A stretch of 64,000 bases of DNA, taken from positions 110,626-174,625 of the IMG/VR virus record IMGVR_UViG_3300032086_003797. One strand, written 5' to 3'. Source of the stretch: a virus. Numbering within the stretch: position 1 is the stretch's first letter; each line of letters opens with the position of its first letter. Shown piece by piece: positions 63,160-64,000 of this stretch. The translations under genes and the position numbers were made by a program. Below the pieces are notes generated by a model. It was not told the DNA's origin and did not search any database. It saw only the letters and a list, made by a program, of their open reading frames with translations.

Positions 63160-64000
63160 ATGGTGCGGATTGCACATTTCGGGGATACCCATATCAAAAA
63201 TCTTAAATATCATTACGAATATCGTCAGGCATTTGAGGAAATTTATAAAATCTTACGAAGAGAGCAAGTAGACTACATCGTCCATACTGGCGACTTGGCT
63301 CATACAAAAACACAACTCTCACCAGAGTATTTTGAACTAGCCACAGAGTTCTTGAAGAACTTGGCGGACATCGCCGAGACTCACATCATCCTTGGCAATC
63401 ATGACGGCAACCTGCGGAACAGTAGTCGCCAAGATGCCATCACCCCAATCGTGGAAGCACTAGACCACGCAAGTCTGATGCTCCACAAGTATTCGGGAGA
63501 GGTTCAACTAGAGGACGACCTGACTATTAACGTTTTGTCAATCTTTGATGAAACCAACTGGCAAGACCCAACAGACCCAAGTGCTATTAACATCGCTCTT
63601 TATCACGGAGCAATTAATAATAGCAAAACAGACATGGGTTGGATTATGGACCACGGCGACCATGACATCAAAGTGTTTGATAAGTTTGACTACGCTATGT
63701 TGGGCGACATCCACAAGACTAATCAGGCTCTAAACGAGTCAGGCACCATCCGCTATTGTGGTTCCACTATCCAGCAGAATCACGGCGAGACAAATGACAA
63801 GGGCTTTTTGATTTGGGATATCCATAGCAAGACTGACTTTTGCGTGGAGCATCATCTTGTAGAAAACGTTAAGCCTTTCATGACAATTGAGATGACAGCC
63901 AAGGGCAATATCCCACGCAAGTTGGATATCCCAGAAGGTGCCCGACTGCGAGTGGTGACACACCACAAAGTCTCGCTAGACAAAATCCGCCGTGTTATGG
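63160..64000 (+). CDS. SbcD/Mre11-like metallophosphoesterase nuclease (T4 gp47-like), runs off window end; absent from ORF track
   Basis: AAGGAG RBS; MVRIAHFGDTHI, HTGDLAH, ILGNHDG, LYHG, LGDIHK, YCGSTIQQNHGE..KGF. Confidence 0.88.
   Translation, partial: MVRIAHFGDTHIKNLKYHYEYRQAFEEIYKILRREQVDYIVHTGDLAHTKTQLSPEYFELATEFLKNLADIAETHIILGNHDGNLRNSSRQDAITPIVEALDHASLMLHKYSGEVQLEDDLTINVLSIFDETNWQDPTDPSAINIALYHGAINNSKTDMGWIMDHGDHDIKVFDKFDYAMLGDIHKTNQALNESGTIRYCGSTIQQNHGETNDKGFLIWDIHSKTDFCVEHHLVENVKPFMTIEMTAKGNIPRKLDIPEGARLRVVTHHKVSLDKIRRVM

Noticed and set aside
88-63966. Numerous minus-strand and short alternate-frame ORFs in the track
   Set aside because: They lie within well-supported + strand genes and have no recognisable motifs; treated as shadow ORFs
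1-64000. Alternative genetic code (stop-codon reassignment seen in some jumbo phages)
   Set aside because: Standard code gives long, tightly abutting ORFs; TAA, TAG and TGA all end genes at plausible boundaries
1-64000. tRNA, rRNA, rho-independent terminators
   Set aside because: Intergenic gaps are very short and no convincing cloverleaf or GC hairpin plus U-tract was seen by eye

Overview
This window looks like part of a large (jumbo-type) tailed dsDNA bacteriophage genome with a myovirus-type baseplate. It is AT-rich, gene-dense, read in the standard code and encoded almost entirely on the + strand. It has five blocks. (1) 1-16750: a ~23-gene glycan biosynthesis and modification cluster (glycosyltransferases, DegT-like aminotransferase, GNAT, KdsC-like phosphatase, PfkB kinase, nucleotidyltransferase-RpiB fusion, split transketolase, WavE-like proteins, methyltransferase, sulfotransferase, RmlB, CysC, WecB). 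(2) 16755-18581: small genes including a phage sigma-factor-like protein. (3) 18582-52571: a virion module with a dual muramidase/M15-peptidase lysin, gp25- and gp6-like baseplate proteins and very large structural proteins up to 3706 aa. (4) 52597-61210: a RuvC-like resolvase, then an array of short, tightly coupled ORFs. Many share an N-terminal leader (MKKLLTEWRKYLxE or MKITxDQLRELIxE) fused to unrelated payloads: ADP-ribosyltransferase-like, GNAT-like, RelE/BECR-like, Cys-rich, highly basic and LETM1-like. (5) 61267-64000: deoxyribonucleotidase, primase and SbcD/Mre11-like nuclease. The most notable signal is block 4. It looks like a cassette array of capsid-targeted, protease-matured, co-injected effectors, in which the repeated leader DNA also supplies the stop codon of the preceding gene. 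All family assignments come from recognising motifs by eye; no database searches were run.
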